The translations under genes were made by a program, and so were the position numbers. Under the pieces are notes generated by a model. That model worked only from the letters and a program-made list of their open reading frames with translations, was not told where the DNA came from and ran no database searches. From contig CAIRBP010000049.1 in assembly GCA_903876885.1 (NCBI GenBank), positions 25 through 64,024 of the forward strand: a stretch of 64,000 nucleotides of DNA. The letters are read 5' to 3'. Every line of letters starts with the position of its first letter. Position 1 is the stretch's first letter. This stretch comes from an uncultured Burkholderiales bacterium. GTDB lineage: Bacteria; Pseudomonadota; Gammaproteobacteria; Burkholderiales; Burkholderiaceae_C. This document shows positions 43,679 to 55,379 of this stretch, in pieces.

Positions 43679-44503
43679 TTACCGCCAAATTGGCATATTC
43701 AACCACCAACCCCACCACTCTGGCCAACCTCTTGACCAAAAGGGTCCACTGATAACGATACATAAAGCTGAGAAAAATACTGCAGCCAGTGCTAAAAACA
43801 GACCTAACCTATGAATTCCAAGTGTTCCAATTGAGTAACCCACGATATCTCTGAAAAAGGTATCCTCATGCTCCGGAGTTTTGACTACTTCACCGTTTTT
43901 AGGATTAGTTGCTGAGAGTACTAATGCGCCGTGTAAAGACAAAGCAAATGTAGTTGTAAAGAAAAAAGTAACCGCAATCATATGGGCTGGGTTGTAATGA
44001 AAGTGCAGATATTGGTATCCCACATTGGAGACCCAGTCAAGGTGACTGTAAATACCGTAAGGGAAAGCATGTCCCCAAGCTCCCATTAAAACGGGGCGTA
44101 TAACCTCAAGCGTGAAGTAAGCAAAAATCGCAAAACTAAAAGCAAAAGGTACGTGATATCCCATCCCTAACTTACGACAAATTTCAACCTCTCTAAGCGC
44201 CCAAGAAACAAATGCGCCGAGAGCACAAACTGTTATCCATTGCCAAAGTCCCCCCTTTAGCATCGGCGCCATTTTCAACCCATACGATAGGTCTGGCGGT
44301 GCAATACTGATTTGCCACAGGTTCCACGTTGGCCCCATCGCAGCTCCGTACAAAATTAGAGCAGTCCCAAGCACTGAGAAAAAGAATGTAGTGACTCCGA
44401 AAAAACCCACGAAAAATGGGCCAACCCAAAAGTCAAACAAGTCGCCACCAATTAAGGTGCCGCCCCGAATTCGGTATTTTTTCTCAAAACTCAGCATGGC
44501 CAT
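43679..44503 (-). CDS. pufL: Reaction centre L subunit
   Basis: [41 protein letters not shown]. Confidence 0.98.
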   Translation of the reverse strand: MAMLSFEKKYRIRGGTLIGGDLFDFWVGPFFVGFFGVTTFFFSVLGTALILYGAAMGPTWNLWQISIAPPDLSYGLKMAPMLKGGLWQWITVCALGAFVSWALREVEICRKLGMGYHVPFAFSFAIFAYFTLEVIRPVLMGAWGHAFPYGIYSHLDWVSNVGYQYLHFHYNPAHMIAVTFFFTTTFALSLHGALVLSATNPKNGEVVKTPEHEDTFFRDIVGYSIGTLGIHRLGLFLALAAVFFSALCIVISGPFWSRGWPEWWGWWLNMPIWR

Positions 44504-44556
44504 CCTAAAGCCCTCCTGCGCCTTTTAAGGCATAAATAAACTCAAACATTCTTAAA

Positions 44557-44604
44557 TGCAGGTATCAAAAGTTTTATCTCTCAACTCCACCGATGACACC
44601 TGCA
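44557..44604 (-). other. pufA-pufL intercistronic stem-loop (mRNA stability element)
   Basis: TGCAGGTATCA...TGACACCTGCA inverted repeat with one G-U pair in the minus-strand RNA. Confidence 0.65.
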
Positions 44605-44627
44605 CTCTTCTCCAATTGATCCTTAGA

Positions 44628-44825
44628 TCAAGACTTCTCGGCAACTGGCGTAGGCATTGGCGCGTTTTGCGCCGCAGCTGGTGCCGGTTTTCTCGGTCCA
44701 TCAAACCAGTTATAACGATTTGTACTTAACAAAATGAGGTGAATCATTGCTGCAAGCGCAAACAGAAAAATTCCCTGAGCAACCATAGCCCTTAAGGGAT
44801 CAAACAGACGCCAAATTCTCCACAT
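44628..44825 (-). CDS. pufA: LH1 alpha subunit
   Basis: MWRIW.LFDP, LA..IH..LLST.RYNW; AGGAG RBS. Confidence 0.97.
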   Translation of the reverse strand: MWRIWRLFDPLRAMVAQGIFLFALAAMIHLILLSTNRYNWFDGPRKPAPAAAQNAPMPTPVAEKS

Positions 44826-44834
44826 GGCTTTCTC

Positions 44835-45059
44835 CTAATTGATATGAGACATAAAGGTGTATACCGCCGCTTTAATTCCAACAAAAATATTTTGAGAACC
44901 CTCTGCGCCGCTTAACCATTTACGCCAATGTATGCCGACCATTTGGCCAAGCAAAGCAACAGCAAATAAAACGATAAAACACGGTACAAAGATCATCAAA
45001 TCGCTCATCTTCTCTGTTAAAGAAAATGAACCATTGTTTTCATTCATCATTTCTGACAT
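44835..45059 (-). CDS. Small membrane protein between pufB and pufA (possibly PufQ-like)
   Basis: GAGGAG RBS; 74 aa with one TM helix and an amphipathic C-terminus. Confidence 0.75.
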   Translation of the reverse strand: MSEMMNENNGSFSLTEKMSDLMIFVPCFIVLFAVALLGQMVGIHWRKWLSGAEGSQNIFVGIKAAVYTFMSHIN

Positions 45060-45099
45060 GGCAGTAACTCCTCATTTAAACAAACTTACTCTCTCTGAT

Positions 45100-45243
45100 T
45101 TAGAACCAGGGCCGCCATGCCCAGACCAACATGTGGGCAATAACAGCTATCGCTGTAAACCCCACTAATCCTTGGACCCAGTAATGGTGGAACTCCTGAG
45201 CTTCCTCATCAGTCAGTCCGGAGATTGAGTTCCGATTAGACAT
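45100..45243 (-). CDS. pufB: LH1 beta subunit (47 aa; not in ORF track)
   Basis: [47 protein letters not shown]; AAGGAG RBS. Confidence 0.97.
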   Translation of the reverse strand: MSNRNSISGLTDEEAQEFHHYWVQGLVGFTAIAVIAHMLVWAWRPWF

Positions 45244-45411
45244 ATGAATGCTCCTTGTTAATTAAATTGGTCTGGTAGACCATTGACGCGCTCAGCCCGC
45301 GCACCCTGGGCAGCCGCAACAAGACGTTGCTGCATGGGGTATAGATTGCTTGAGTGCGTTCATCACCTGAAACACGCTTTGACAATCTAATAATTTGATT
45401 TAAATGGATGA

Positions 45412-46923
45412 TCATGCCGTAACACCTTTGTCCGCACTAGTTTGTGAGTTTGTAGTGTTCGTTGGGGCCATCCCAAGGGCTCTAGCGGTATCTAATAGCC
45501 GAGCAGCACTCACCTCGGCTTCACTTGCTTGTTGAGCGGCGCGGTCTGTCGTATCTCTAAGCGTTTTAGCAACCGAGATTTGAACCAGTACCGGTTGCGC
45601 GCTCACGCACTCTCTAAGTAACTCTTGTGCTTGAGCACTCCAAGGCAGTTGAGAAGGTGCGATGACCCCCCTGGACAAAGTAGACTCTGCTTTGTCCATT
45701 TCTGTGCCAAGAGGCAAAATATTAAATAGCGCGTCAAATAAAGAGTTACAAACCTCTTGAACTAAGTAAGTCGCTCCGCTATATCCCATGAACGGTGTTC
45801 CGGTATGACGCCGAATAATTGCACCGGGGAATGAAGCAGGTATAAAGCAAGGCTTCATTGGACCACGCGAGGCGAGTTCGCTTAAATACATACGTTCGTT
45901 GTAACTGCCGAAAAGAATGAGTGGAGTTTGTGTTCGAACCATCTCTCTGACGGCTTCGTTGTCTGTTTTTTGACCTGGAATACGGGGTACAGAAAAACGA
46001 CATGGCAAACCCATCTCATCTTCCAAGAAATGTTTGAGTCCGCGGGCGTAGGTCTCATTGGCAACAACGGCAAAGCTTGCAGTTGCAAAGAAATCTTGTG
46101 TCACCGATCTCCACAAGTCCCACAACGGTTTAAGCGTAGTATGGCGCTCACGCTCGATAAAAGGTTCGGGATCAAGACCTAATAATTCACCCAACTTTCT
46201 CAGGAAGAGTGTCGTACTGTGCAGGCCAATTGGGGCTTGAAGGTAAGGCCTATCAAGTGCTTCACAAAGCATTCGACCAAATTCTCTGTACATACAGATG
46301 TTCACATCCGATTCGACCAGCCTGGATACATCTGAGAGGTGGGAGCCCAATGGGAAAATCATATTGATTTCTGCACCAATGCCCTGAACCAAACGCTTTA
46401 ACTCGGCTACATCGCTTGGAGAGTTAAAAACTCCGTAGCTCGGACCTATGATATTTACACGCGGCCTTTCACCATCTTTTCGCACTCGTTTGGGCACTTT
46501 CTTTAAACCGTATTCGCTCCAAAGCCAAAACATGGCGCGGTTAGCGCATTGCCATTGATCCTCATCAATCGTGCGCGGTAAAAAGCGCATTAAATTTGTA
46601 CCCTCAGGAGTTACTCCGCCCCCAATCATCTCAGCAATCGAGCCTGTCACGACTACTGCTGGTAATTCGGGATCTAGGGAGGCATGCGCACGCTTCATTG
46701 CACCTTCTGTACCCTCACGTCCTAGTTGCTCTTCGGCCAAACCAGTAACAACGATGGGAAGCTCATGAGGGGGTAATGCGTCGGTGTAATGAAGCACAGA
46801 TGTAACGGGCAAGTTCTCACACCCCACAGGGCCATCAATTACAACTTGAAGTCCTTTGATAGCGGTGAACACGTACACCGCGCCCCAATAGCCACCAGCT
46901 CGGTCATGATCAATGACAAACAT
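45412..46923 (-). CDS. bchZ: Chlorophyllide reductase subunit Z
   Basis: [21 protein letters not shown]. Confidence 0.97.
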   Translation of the reverse strand: MFVIDHDRAGGYWGAVYVFTAIKGLQVVIDGPVGCENLPVTSVLHYTDALPPHELPIVVTGLAEEQLGREGTEGAMKRAHASLDPELPAVVVTGSIAEMIGGGVTPEGTNLMRFLPRTIDEDQWQCANRAMFWLWSEYGLKKVPKRVRKDGERPRVNIIGPSYGVFNSPSDVAELKRLVQGIGAEINMIFPLGSHLSDVSRLVESDVNICMYREFGRMLCEALDRPYLQAPIGLHSTTLFLRKLGELLGLDPEPFIERERHTTLKPLWDLWRSVTQDFFATASFAVVANETYARGLKHFLEDEMGLPCRFSVPRIPGQKTDNEAVREMVRTQTPLILFGSYNERMYLSELASRGPMKPCFIPASFPGAIIRRHTGTPFMGYSGATYLVQEVCNSLFDALFNILPLGTEMDKAESTLSRGVIAPSQLPWSAQAQELLRECVSAQPVLVQISVAKTLRDTTDRAAQQASEAEVSAARLLDTARALGMAPTNTTNSQTSADKGVTA

Positions 46924-48446
46924 TAACCCATCTCCTGTGCTTTACGCAGTTTAATTTTCTTCTCTAGCTGACGCTTGTTTTCAGCTCTAAACTCGGGTCT
47001 ATCCATTGGCTTGTCCATCCACACTCCGGATGAGTCTCCGTGACCGACTGCACCAAAGAAATCTTTCATCTTGTTAAATCGGCTTTGATTACCAATAGCT
47101 GCGTTAACAACTTGCACCAAAGAGCCCGCACCCGCAACACCCATCAAAGGCCTCGCAGAGATTAGGTTTGTGAAATACAGCGAAGGAATACATGCCTCTT
47201 TAGCGTACTGAACAACGGGAGTAGTGCCAATCGCTAAATCTGGTTTAAAAGACTGGACAGCGTCCAAGTCCTGCTCTAGGGAAGCTCTAAACTGAACTTG
47301 AACGCCTTTGGCTTTCAACCACTCTGCATCATGCGAATTCCAAGGCGTTGCTGGACAGGCAGAGCCAACATATCGCAAGTCAGCGCCGCATTCCACAAGC
47401 AGCCTTGCCACTATTAGCTCAGAGCCTTCATAACCACTTAAGGTAATTCGACCGTTTATCTTTTGCTGCGACAGTACGTTTTTTATGATTGGCAAGCATT
47501 TATTCTTCGCCTCATCTATCAGAGCCTGAGAAACACCGGCGCTTTGTCCAATGTTTTGTAACCAATCGTTTGTACCTTCAACACCAACGGGGGCTGAACC
47601 AACAATGGGTCTACCAGCTGCTTCAAACTCTCTAATACTGGCGGTATAAAAGGGATGAATGGCAGCGACCACGGAACAATCTAAAGCCGCGTATAGCTCT
47701 CGCCACTCCCGTGTGGGAACACTACAACCCACAGCTAATTTCATGGGCTCAATCATCATAGCAATGCCCATGGGGTCGGCAGGAAACATCTCGCCCAAAA
47801 GTGTGATGGTTGGATTTTGTTGTCTGCCCTTTTTGGGCGCTTGCACAGGACCGCTCATGATTTCGTGGCGTGCATATTTCAACATTGCACCCGCCAACAC
47901 ATCTTTGGCCTCTGCGTGAGTAGGTACGCCAAATCCTGGAACATCAATTCCAATGATTCGAACCCCGTTGATCTCTTTGGGAAGAAGCTGTAGCGGCACA
48001 CCGCTGGCTGTGGGCACACACAAGTTAATGATCACAATAGCGTCGTACTTCTCGGGATCAGCCTGCTCGTGCACTGACTCTCTGATATCTTCAAACAACT
48101 TTCCGGTGACCAGTGTCTCTGAGTTGAAAGGAACATATCCCACACTTCTTCTAGCACCGTAAAAATGTGAGGTAAAAGTTAATCCGTACACACAGCAAGC
48201 CGAGCCAGAGAGAATCGTTGCAGTACGACTCATCCTTAGTCCGACTCTTAGAGAGCCAAACGCTGGACACATGCTTTGTGGTTGGTCGTGTGGTCCCTTT
48301 GGATAATCTAGTGCGTAGCGCTCTAAAACCTCACTCTTACCTGCTGCCTGAGCCGCTTCAAGTAAAGTTCTCTCACCTGCGTGACAGGCTGCCCCCTCAA
48401 GTTGAGTGTTCTCAACCGCTTTAATGGGAATGGTTTTGGCTTGCAT
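46923..48446 (-). CDS. bchY: Chlorophyllide reductase subunit Y
   Basis: [30 protein letters not shown]. Confidence 0.97.
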   Translation of the reverse strand: MQAKTIPIKAVENTQLEGAACHAGERTLLEAAQAAGKSEVLERYALDYPKGPHDQPQSMCPAFGSLRVGLRMSRTATILSGSACCVYGLTFTSHFYGARRSVGYVPFNSETLVTGKLFEDIRESVHEQADPEKYDAIVIINLCVPTASGVPLQLLPKEINGVRIIGIDVPGFGVPTHAEAKDVLAGAMLKYARHEIMSGPVQAPKKGRQQNPTITLLGEMFPADPMGIAMMIEPMKLAVGCSVPTREWRELYAALDCSVVAAIHPFYTASIREFEAAGRPIVGSAPVGVEGTNDWLQNIGQSAGVSQALIDEAKNKCLPIIKNVLSQQKINGRITLSGYEGSELIVARLLVECGADLRYVGSACPATPWNSHDAEWLKAKGVQVQFRASLEQDLDAVQSFKPDLAIGTTPVVQYAKEACIPSLYFTNLISARPLMGVAGAGSLVQVVNAAIGNQSRFNKMKDFFGAVGHGDSSGVWMDKPMDRPEFRAENKRQLEKKIKLRKAQEMG

Positions 48447-48458
48447 GATATTTTCTAC

Positions 48459-49466
48459 TTAGACTTCGTCGTAGATGACTTCAAGAGTAGGCTTGTTCAA
48501 CACAGTTGCCCCCCTCATGTCAAACTCAGTTGCAGGCTCAAGAACTACGTTGCGACCGACAGTGTCTGCACTAAATAGACCTAAGAGCTCGTCTTGAGTT
48601 AGAGGTTTAGGGCGTTTGGGAGGGGCATCGCCCACGTTCTGCGCCAAACTCTCAAAAAGTGGTCCCCACTGTCCACCTGGTCTACCGATAATCTCGTAAC
48701 TTGCGCTTTTTCTGCGAATGTCTTCGTGAGCTGGGATCGCAGCTAAAACTGGCACGCCAGCGAGCTCAGCAAATTTTGCGGCCTCGCCGGTCCCGTCGTC
48801 CTTGTTGATAACCATCCCTGCTACACCAACGTTGCCGCCTAACTTGCGAAAGTATTCAACTGCGGAGCACACGTTGTTTGCAACATAAAGTGATTGAAGA
48901 TCATTGGAGCCCACAACAATCACTTTTTGACACATATCACGAGCAATAGGCAAACCAAATCCACCGCACACCACGTCACCCAAGAAATCTAGCAACACAT
49001 AATCAAAACCCCATTCATGAAACCCGAGTTTCTCTAAAGTCTCAAATCCATGAATGATTCCTCGTCCCCCGCATCCTCTACCCACCTCAGGCCCACCAAG
49101 CTCCATTGCGTAAACACCATCACGTTTGAAGCAGACGTCACCAATGCTTACTGCTTCACCGGCTAATTTCTTTTTGGATGAAGTCTCAATAATGGTTGGA
49201 CATGCTTTTCCTCCAAACAATAAACTGGTCGTATCGCTCTTAGGATCACAGCCAATCAGCAATACTTTTTTTCCCTGCTGGGCCATCATGTAACTTAAAT
49301 TAGCGAGCGTAAAGCTCTTTCCGATACCGCCTTTTCCGTATATGGCTATGATTTGTGTCTCTTTAGTGACCTCTCCGGTATGAACTTTTTCCGGCTCCAG
49401 GCTTGCTTCATCTCTGAGTCGTTTAGTGAATTGAATCGTTTTTTCATCAGAATTAATGGACATCAA
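48459..49466 (-). CDS. bchX: Chlorophyllide reductase Fe protein
   Basis: [28 protein letters not shown]. Confidence 0.97.
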   Translation of the reverse strand: MMSINSDEKTIQFTKRLRDEASLEPEKVHTGEVTKETQIIAIYGKGGIGKSFTLANLSYMMAQQGKKVLLIGCDPKSDTTSLLFGGKACPTIIETSSKKKLAGEAVSIGDVCFKRDGVYAMELGGPEVGRGCGGRGIIHGFETLEKLGFHEWGFDYVLLDFLGDVVCGGFGLPIARDMCQKVIVVGSNDLQSLYVANNVCSAVEYFRKLGGNVGVAGMVINKDDGTGEAAKFAELAGVPVLAAIPAHEDIRRKSASYEIIGRPGGQWGPLFESLAQNVGDAPPKRPKPLTQDELLGLFSADTVGRNVVLEPATEFDMRGATVLNKPTLEVIYDEV

Positions 49467-50410
49467 TTTCTCCAGTCAAGAATCATTTTCAAACAGTGCG
49501 GATCGCAAAATGCATCTTCATAAGCGTCCTGCGCCTGGGCGGGAGAGCTTGTATTGGTGATTAACCCCTCTAGCGAGAGTCTGCCCTCGCTTAGAAGCAA
49601 AGAGACTGCAGCCAAATCACATTTCTTCCACTGGGCAGCAACCCGAATTTGCGGCTCTTTCATAAAGGCTGCGGCAAAATTGAAGGATACGTTTTCGGTA
49701 TAAAAGCCAGCCAACACAACTTCACCACCGGGGCTTAGGTGTGTGATTAATTTATTAAGTAACGAGGCGTCACCGCTCACATCGTAAATGGCCCTGTAAT
49801 CTCGCCTCGTATCCTCTGCTGGATCAATTACCTTATAGCCCTGTGCCCCGCTCATCCTGGCAGGATTAATCTCCCACACGACGGGGGGGGGCATGCCTGC
49901 AGCCACGGTCATCCTAGCCAAGAGACGACCCATGATGCCGTGCCCAACGATTAGGTCTGGTGGCTCAGCTGTATTAATCGCCCCGCCTTTTGAAACGCTG
50001 TGGTAGGCCGTAGCTGCTAAAGCGAGAAGGGTTGCATTAAGGGCATTTTTCTCCTCTATCGCAACTGCTCTATCAGCTGGGACAATTAATTTAGAGCCAG
50101 ATCCACCAAAGAGATTTCGTACATTTTTAAATGAGTACGCGCCGGGAACAAATACAAAGTCCCCTTCTTTGAACTCTAGGTTTGAATTGTTCTTTTTAAC
50201 TTGACCCACAGCCTCATATCCGGGTACGAGCGGATATCCCATTCCAGGAAAGTTAGGCATAGAACCCTCCCAAAGAAGACGCTCCGTGCCAGTGCTGATG
50301 CCCGTGTAAGCAACATCAATCTCTAGGTCGCCAGCCGCCATCTCATTGACCTCTAATTTAGCCAATTTGATTTGCTTTGGACCTTCAAAGAGTATTGCCC
50401 GAGCTTCCAT
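49463..50410 (-). CDS. bchC: 3-hydroxyethyl bacteriochlorophyllide dehydrogenase
   Basis: GISTGTERL.W.G.MP.FPGMGYPLVPGYE; ATG at 50410 chosen because the upstream part of the ORF is the PpsR operator. Confidence 0.94.
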   Translation of the reverse strand: MEARAILFEGPKQIKLAKLEVNEMAAGDLEIDVAYTGISTGTERLLWEGSMPNFPGMGYPLVPGYEAVGQVKKNNSNLEFKEGDFVFVPGAYSFKNVRNLFGGSGSKLIVPADRAVAIEEKNALNATLLALAATAYHSVSKGGAINTAEPPDLIVGHGIMGRLLARMTVAAGMPPPVVWEINPARMSGAQGYKVIDPAEDTRRDYRAIYDVSGDASLLNKLITHLSPGGEVVLAGFYTENVSFNFAAAFMKEPQIRVAAQWKKCDLAAVSLLLSEGRLSLEGLITNTSSPAQAQDAYEDAFCDPHCLKMILDWRN

Positions 50411-50411
50411 G

Positions 50412-50455
50412 TGTAACCCTTTACTTACAAAATATATAGTCAATCTTAGTTGACA
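50412..50455 (-). promoter_or_regulatory. Tandem PpsR boxes at the bchC promoter
   Basis: TGT-N12-ACA (50412-50429) and AGT-N12-ACA (50438-50455), 8 bp apart. Confidence 0.85.
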
Positions 50456-50482
50456 CTTCGGGAATAAACATTAGTAGAAACA

Positions 50483-51718
50483 CTAGTATTTCCTTGCAAT
50501 TAGTACTTTTGCATGAATGGCCATGGGATTGGAGAGCACTTCAACCCCTGAAAAGCCAGCCTCCAAAATCATGTCGGTTAGCTGATCGGGAGTACGAAGC
50601 CTGCCCTCCCCCATGGCCAACAAATAAAAATGGAAATAAGCGTCATGCCTAGCTCCTTCAGGATTAGCCATTGGCTCGGCCAAAAGAAGCGTCCCTTTTG
50701 AGGGCAAGCTTTGGTAAATTTTCTTAAGTAATGTCTTAACCACTAGATCGCTGTGATCGTGAGCAACGCGCACTAAAGTAATTAAGTCAACTCCTTGGGG
50801 TAGTGGGTCCAACTTAAAACTACCAGGGAACAATTGGATTCTTTTGTAAAAAGATTTTTCAATTAAATTTTGCTTTGTTAAATGAATGACCTCAGGCAAA
50901 TCCATTAACGCAAATTCGAGTTCTGGATAATGCTCGGCTACGGCGCTGACGAACCTACCTTTGCCACAACCAATATCTAGCATCTTGGAGTGACCCGAGA
51001 AATCGTACGCACCTAAGATTTCATCTATGACGAAGTTTTGCGATGCCGACATCAGCTCTGAGTACTTAGCAAACTGTTTTGTACGCTCCTCGCCAAGGGT
51101 GGACTCAGCTTGAGATTTTGCACCGCCTTGCTCAACTGGTTTGGCATAGGGCCAGAACTCATTCATCCGTGATTTCTCTGTCGATGCAAGTAACTTCCAA
51201 GTATCTTGCATATCGTTGTAGAGCACCGCATTGTGCTCAACCATCGAGCAAATTCCCGGGTGGCAAACAACGGGCAATCCTAGTTTGCCAATACCGAAAC
51301 GGTGTTTACCTCTGCGCTCCAAAAGACCAAGAGATATTGCAGACTTAATTAATAGGTCTAAATTTTCTTTTGGTAGCTTAATGTATTTGAACAAATCATC
51401 ATATTCACAAGGACTTGAATAAACGCGCTCTAACAAGCCGCATCTGACGCAGATAAGTAAGACTTGGAAATTAACAAAGCCTGCCATCAGATCAAAAACC
51501 TGTTGGGTTCTGCGCAAAGCAAACCAACGCGTAAAAACATTGCTTACTGAGATTTTGTAGATCAGCGGAGACGCCATCAACCTATCTAGCTGCCTTTTAA
51601 TTCGCTCCGACACGGACAGGGGTGCGTATTTCGCTTTCATTGATCTTTGGGTATCATGATTTAGCGAAGCGCCTATAGACAATTTTGAGACCTCATGTTG
51701 ATGCACATTCGTTGTCAT
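50483..51718 (-). CDS. crtF: Demethylspheroidene O-methyltransferase
   Basis: FDLMAGFV, MVEHN..LY, LM.ASQ, DIGCGKG, RV.HDH, AEPM, YF.FYLLAMG.GR.R. Confidence 0.93.
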   Translation of the reverse strand: MTTNVHQHEVSKLSIGASLNHDTQRSMKAKYAPLSVSERIKRQLDRLMASPLIYKISVSNVFTRWFALRRTQQVFDLMAGFVNFQVLLICVRCGLLERVYSSPCEYDDLFKYIKLPKENLDLLIKSAISLGLLERRGKHRFGIGKLGLPVVCHPGICSMVEHNAVLYNDMQDTWKLLASTEKSRMNEFWPYAKPVEQGGAKSQAESTLGEERTKQFAKYSELMSASQNFVIDEILGAYDFSGHSKMLDIGCGKGRFVSAVAEHYPELEFALMDLPEVIHLTKQNLIEKSFYKRIQLFPGSFKLDPLPQGVDLITLVRVAHDHSDLVVKTLLKKIYQSLPSKGTLLLAEPMANPEGARHDAYFHFYLLAMGEGRLRTPDQLTDMILEAGFSGVEVLSNPMAIHAKVLIARKY

Positions 51719-52647
51719 AAAACGGCATCTGCGGCAGTGCTCCTTGCCTTAGCAAGTTGTACAAATTTTTGATATTCGCTTTGCGGCACAAGGCGCTCAG
51801 ACTCTTTGTAAATCATCGCGCGAAGGATCTCCCTTCCCTCGCAGTGCGGTACACCATTGGCTGCACTCTCTATGAGACGTTTGAACTCTAAATTTGCACC
51901 CTCCAAACCAAGTGCCTGGGCAGCGCTTGGACGACCATGTTCTGCGTCTTGACCAACAGGTTTACCAATCAAATCAACCTGGCCGATAACGTCCCTAATG
52001 TCATCGGCAATTTGATAGGCATCACCAAGGCTCTCACCAACAGCTCGCCAAGGCTCTGGGTTTGCCCCCGCGACAATTGCCCCCATAAATACAGCCGCAG
52101 TAAAGAGTGAGCCCGTTTTCGAGCGTTGGTACTTCCACAGATCAACCTTGGACTCGCACTCCCAGGCTTGACCGGCAACAATACCGTTGGGCACACCTAC
52201 ACCTTGGCTAAGTACGCTCATCATCTTTAAGATCCGGTTGGAGTGTTCAGCACTTAATGGCCTCTTAGCACTCTCACTAAGCAATACCTGGTAAGCCATT
52301 ACGATCAAAGCATCTCCAGTGAGTAAAGCAATAGGCTCTGAGAACGCGGCGTGCACGCTTTTCTTGCCCCTTCTCATTTGTGCGTTATCAAAACACGGCA
52401 TATCATCATGCACCAGCGAGGCGCAGTGCATCAATTCCAATGCGACCGCTCCAGCGTCAGTGAGCAGCGGGGCATCATCTCCGCTCACCACTGCGACTGC
52501 CATATATAACTGGGGCCTTATGAGCGCGCCACCCGGCAAAATCGCATGTTCGATGGCTGCACGCAAAGATGGGGGGGTGTTTGGGCTGACTACCTCACGG
52601 AAATGACGCTCCAAGGCTGCATGGATCCGCTCTTCTATATTCATCAT
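51715..52647 (-). CDS. crtE: Geranylgeranyl diphosphate synthase
   Basis: HCASLVHDDMPCFD, GQAWE, KTG.LF, YQIADD. Confidence 0.95.
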   Translation of the reverse strand: MMNIEERIHAALERHFREVVSPNTPPSLRAAIEHAILPGGALIRPQLYMAVAVVSGDDAPLLTDAGAVALELMHCASLVHDDMPCFDNAQMRRGKKSVHAAFSEPIALLTGDALIVMAYQVLLSESAKRPLSAEHSNRILKMMSVLSQGVGVPNGIVAGQAWECESKVDLWKYQRSKTGSLFTAAVFMGAIVAGANPEPWRAVGESLGDAYQIADDIRDVIGQVDLIGKPVGQDAEHGRPSAAQALGLEGANLEFKRLIESAANGVPHCEGREILRAMIYKESERLVPQSEYQKFVQLAKARSTAADAVL

Positions 52648-52691
52648 CCACTCCTCATAAGAACCCGGTTAACTTGAATTTCGCACCCGGG

Positions 52692-52735
52692 TGTAAATAA
52701 TTCTTGACAATATTTTATGTCAATGTAACATTACA
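52692..52735. promoter_or_regulatory. Tandem perfect PpsR boxes between divergent crtE and hemA
   Basis: TGT-N12-ACA at 52692-52709 and 52718-52735, 8 bp apart; a further TGTCAA half-site at 52744. Confidence 0.88.
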
Positions 52736-52923
52736 ATATAATTTGTCAAGTAAATCGAAATGAAAATGCTCGGAATAAACCCGGATAACCCCTTTTACCA
52801 AGCCAGCTCAAGGACTTTCTTCTCCCTAAGGGGTAGAGGTGAGCCTTTTGCAAGCCTTTTCAAAGCAAAAAACAGCGGGGTTTATCAAGCGGTTCATTTA
52901 GCTCAGCACTTATGGAGTTTGGA

Positions 52924-54201
52924 ATGAGCATATTGACTCTCGGGCTGAACCATCAAACAGCCCCACTCAAAATTCGGGAACAGTTTGCGTGGGCAAGCGA
53001 TCAAATTCAGGTTCACCTACAAGATTTCAGAAATAAATTCGGAGCAAACTCTGAGGCTACAGTCCTCTCCACCTGCAATAGAACTGAGATTTACTGCGCC
53101 GTTCACCCACAATCTATTAAGGACGCACAAAGTTGGTTTACAAATTTAGGGGGTGAGACCCCAGCGGTATTAGAAGACCACGGTTACACCTTAGAACATG
53201 ACAGCGCAGCTCGTCACGCCTTTAGGGTGGCAAGTGGCCTAGATTCGATGGTTTTGGGTGAGCCTCAGATTTTGGGGCAACTAAAGAATGCAGTGCAAAC
53301 CGCCAGGGAGTCCGGCCACTTAGGCTCCACACTCAACCAACTCTTTGAGAGAAGTTTCTCGATTGCCAAAAAAGTCCGTAGCTCAACTGAAATTGGTAGC
53401 CACTCCATCAGCATGGCCGCCGCAGCTGTTCGCCTAGCAGGGCAACTCTTTGAGGACTTCAGCGAAACTCGCGTGCTCTTTGTGGGCGCGGGTGAGATGA
53501 TTGAGCTTTGCATGACTCACTTCGCCGCAAAGAATCCCAAAATAATGTGCATCGCCAATCGCAACCTTAGCAACGGACAAGCACTCGCAAAAAAATTCAG
53601 CGCTCAAGCTATAACGCTCGGCGAAATACCTGAGCAACTTCATACGTTTGATGCGGTAATCAGTTGCACCGCTAGTACGCTTCCACTCATTGGTCTTGGT
53701 GCAGTCGAGAGTGCCCTTAAAAAACGCAAGAATAGCCCAATGTTCATGCTTGATTTAGCAGTGCCAAGGGATATCGAACCTCAGGTAGCGGAGCTGAATA
53801 ATGTCTACCTTTATACAGTTGATCACTTAGCCAATATCGTACAAAGTGGTAAGGAAAATCGGCAGGCTGCTGTCTCTAAGGCGGAAGTCATTATTGACGA
53901 AGGCGTGCACGGCTTTTTAACTTGGCTCAACAGCAGAGAGGATGTGCCGCTCATTCAGCGTCTGCATCAAAAAACAGACGAATGGCGTGAGTTAGAGATT
54001 TCTAGAGCAAAGAAAATGATCGCAAAAGGTGACGATATCAACCAAGTCTTGGAGATGCTCACCAAAGGCCTAACCCAAAAAATGATTCACGGCGCGATCG
54101 CAGAACTTCACTCAAAAGACAATGAAGTAAAAGACAAGGCTCAATACGCAATTGAGCACTTCTTCCTTCAAGGGTGTAAGCGTCATTTAGTAGACAAGTA
54201 A
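52924..54201 (+). CDS. hemA: Glutamyl-tRNA reductase
   Basis: GLNHQTAP, STCNRTE, GLDSMVLGEPQILGQ, GAGEM, DLAVPRD. Confidence 0.96.
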   Translation: MSILTLGLNHQTAPLKIREQFAWASDQIQVHLQDFRNKFGANSEATVLSTCNRTEIYCAVHPQSIKDAQSWFTNLGGETPAVLEDHGYTLEHDSAARHAFRVASGLDSMVLGEPQILGQLKNAVQTARESGHLGSTLNQLFERSFSIAKKVRSSTEIGSHSISMAAAAVRLAGQLFEDFSETRVLFVGAGEMIELCMTHFAAKNPKIMCIANRNLSNGQALAKKFSAQAITLGEIPEQLHTFDAVISCTASTLPLIGLGAVESALKKRKNSPMFMLDLAVPRDIEPQVAELNNVYLYTVDHLANIVQSGKENRQAAVSKAEVIIDEGVHGFLTWLNSREDVPLIQRLHQKTDEWRELEISRAKKMIAKGDDINQVLEMLTKGLTQKMIHGAIAELHSKDNEVKDKAQYAIEHFFLQGCKRHLVDK

Positions 54202-54220
54202 GAGCTAGACCCCAATAAGT

Positions 54221-55324
54221 TTAGGCTCTGAGTACTTTGGAATATGCGTGAACAGTATCAATCAGGGTCGAAACATGCTCAGGCGGTGTGTACTGGCTGA
54301 TGCCGTGACCTAGATTAAAAATATGGGTCGGACCTTTTAATGTTTTATCCACATGAGGGGCACCAAAACTATCAAGCACTCGGTGCACTTCTCTAACGAT
54401 TTGCGCGGGGGGACTAAAAAGCACGTTTGGATCAATATTTCCTTGCAAGGCTTTACCTGGCTCTCCGGCACGACCGCCCACCAACTCCTTTGCCACTCCT
54501 AAATTCATCGTCCAGTCTAAGCCCAGAACGTCACAGTCGAGTTCGGCCATTTGTTTTAACCAAAGGCCTCCCCCTTTCGTAAAAACAATCACCGGTATAT
54601 CGGCACCATCATATCGACGCTCAATTTGAGACAACACACGAGCTGTATAGGCCAAACTAAATTCTTGGAATGCACCATCGGCCAATACACCTCCCCAACT
54701 GTCAAAGATCATTAAGGCCTGCGCCCCAGCATGGACCTGTGCGTTCAGGTATTGGGCTACTGCGTCTGCATTGACAGACAAGATTTTGTGCATGAGATCT
54801 GGGCGACTGTACATCAAGGTTTTAACGTGCCTGTAATCATCCGAGCCCGCGCCCTCCACCATATAGCAGGCTAAAGTCCAGGGACTCCCAGAGAAGCCAA
54901 TCAAGGGAACCCGCCCTTGCAAAGCATTGCGAATGGATTTGACAGCGTCAAATACATACCTGAGCTTACTAAGGTCGGGGGCGTGTAGCTCGTTCACAGA
55001 AGCCTCATCGCGAATGACTTTTGCAAATTTTGGTCCCTCACCCTGCGTAAAAGTTAAGCCTAACCCCATTGCATCAGGTACGGTCAAAATATCAGAAAAC
55101 AGTATCGCCGCATCAAGCTTATAACGCTCCAAGGGTTGCAAAGTAACCTCAGTTGCAAAATCCACATTAGTTGCAAGCCCCATAAAACTTCCCGCTTTTG
55201 CTCGGGTTGCGCAGTACTCGGGTAAATACCGACCGGCTTGCCTCATCAACCAAACCGGGGTGTACTCCGTCGCCTGCCTCATACAGGCGCGTAAAAAGGT
55301 ATCGTTTTCAAGTTTAGCGGTCAT
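54221..55324 (-). CDS. hemE: Uroporphyrinogen decarboxylase
   Basis: [26 protein letters not shown]. Confidence 0.97.
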   Translation of the reverse strand: MTAKLENDTFLRACMRQATEYTPVWLMRQAGRYLPEYCATRAKAGSFMGLATNVDFATEVTLQPLERYKLDAAILFSDILTVPDAMGLGLTFTQGEGPKFAKVIRDEASVNELHAPDLSKLRYVFDAVKSIRNALQGRVPLIGFSGSPWTLACYMVEGAGSDDYRHVKTLMYSRPDLMHKILSVNADAVAQYLNAQVHAGAQALMIFDSWGGVLADGAFQEFSLAYTARVLSQIERRYDGADIPVIVFTKGGGLWLKQMAELDCDVLGLDWTMNLGVAKELVGGRAGEPGKALQGNIDPNVLFSPPAQIVREVHRVLDSFGAPHVDKTLKGPTHIFNLGHGISQYTPPEHVSTLIDTVHAYSKVLRA

Positions 55325-55379
55325 AAAAAATTCTTTTTTCCTTAAATTTCCCAGGTCTGGCTTGCCTCACGAACAATTA

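Noticed and set aside
45292-45363. 23-aa Cys-rich ORF (…SCCGCPGCAG) between bchZ and pufB
   Set aside because: No properly spaced SD; composition is explained by a GC-rich puf leader
52770-52890. Short repeats (GGATAACCC-like, AGCCTTTT twice) in the hemA leader
   Set aside because: Too short and irregular for CRISPR or a recognisable riboswitch
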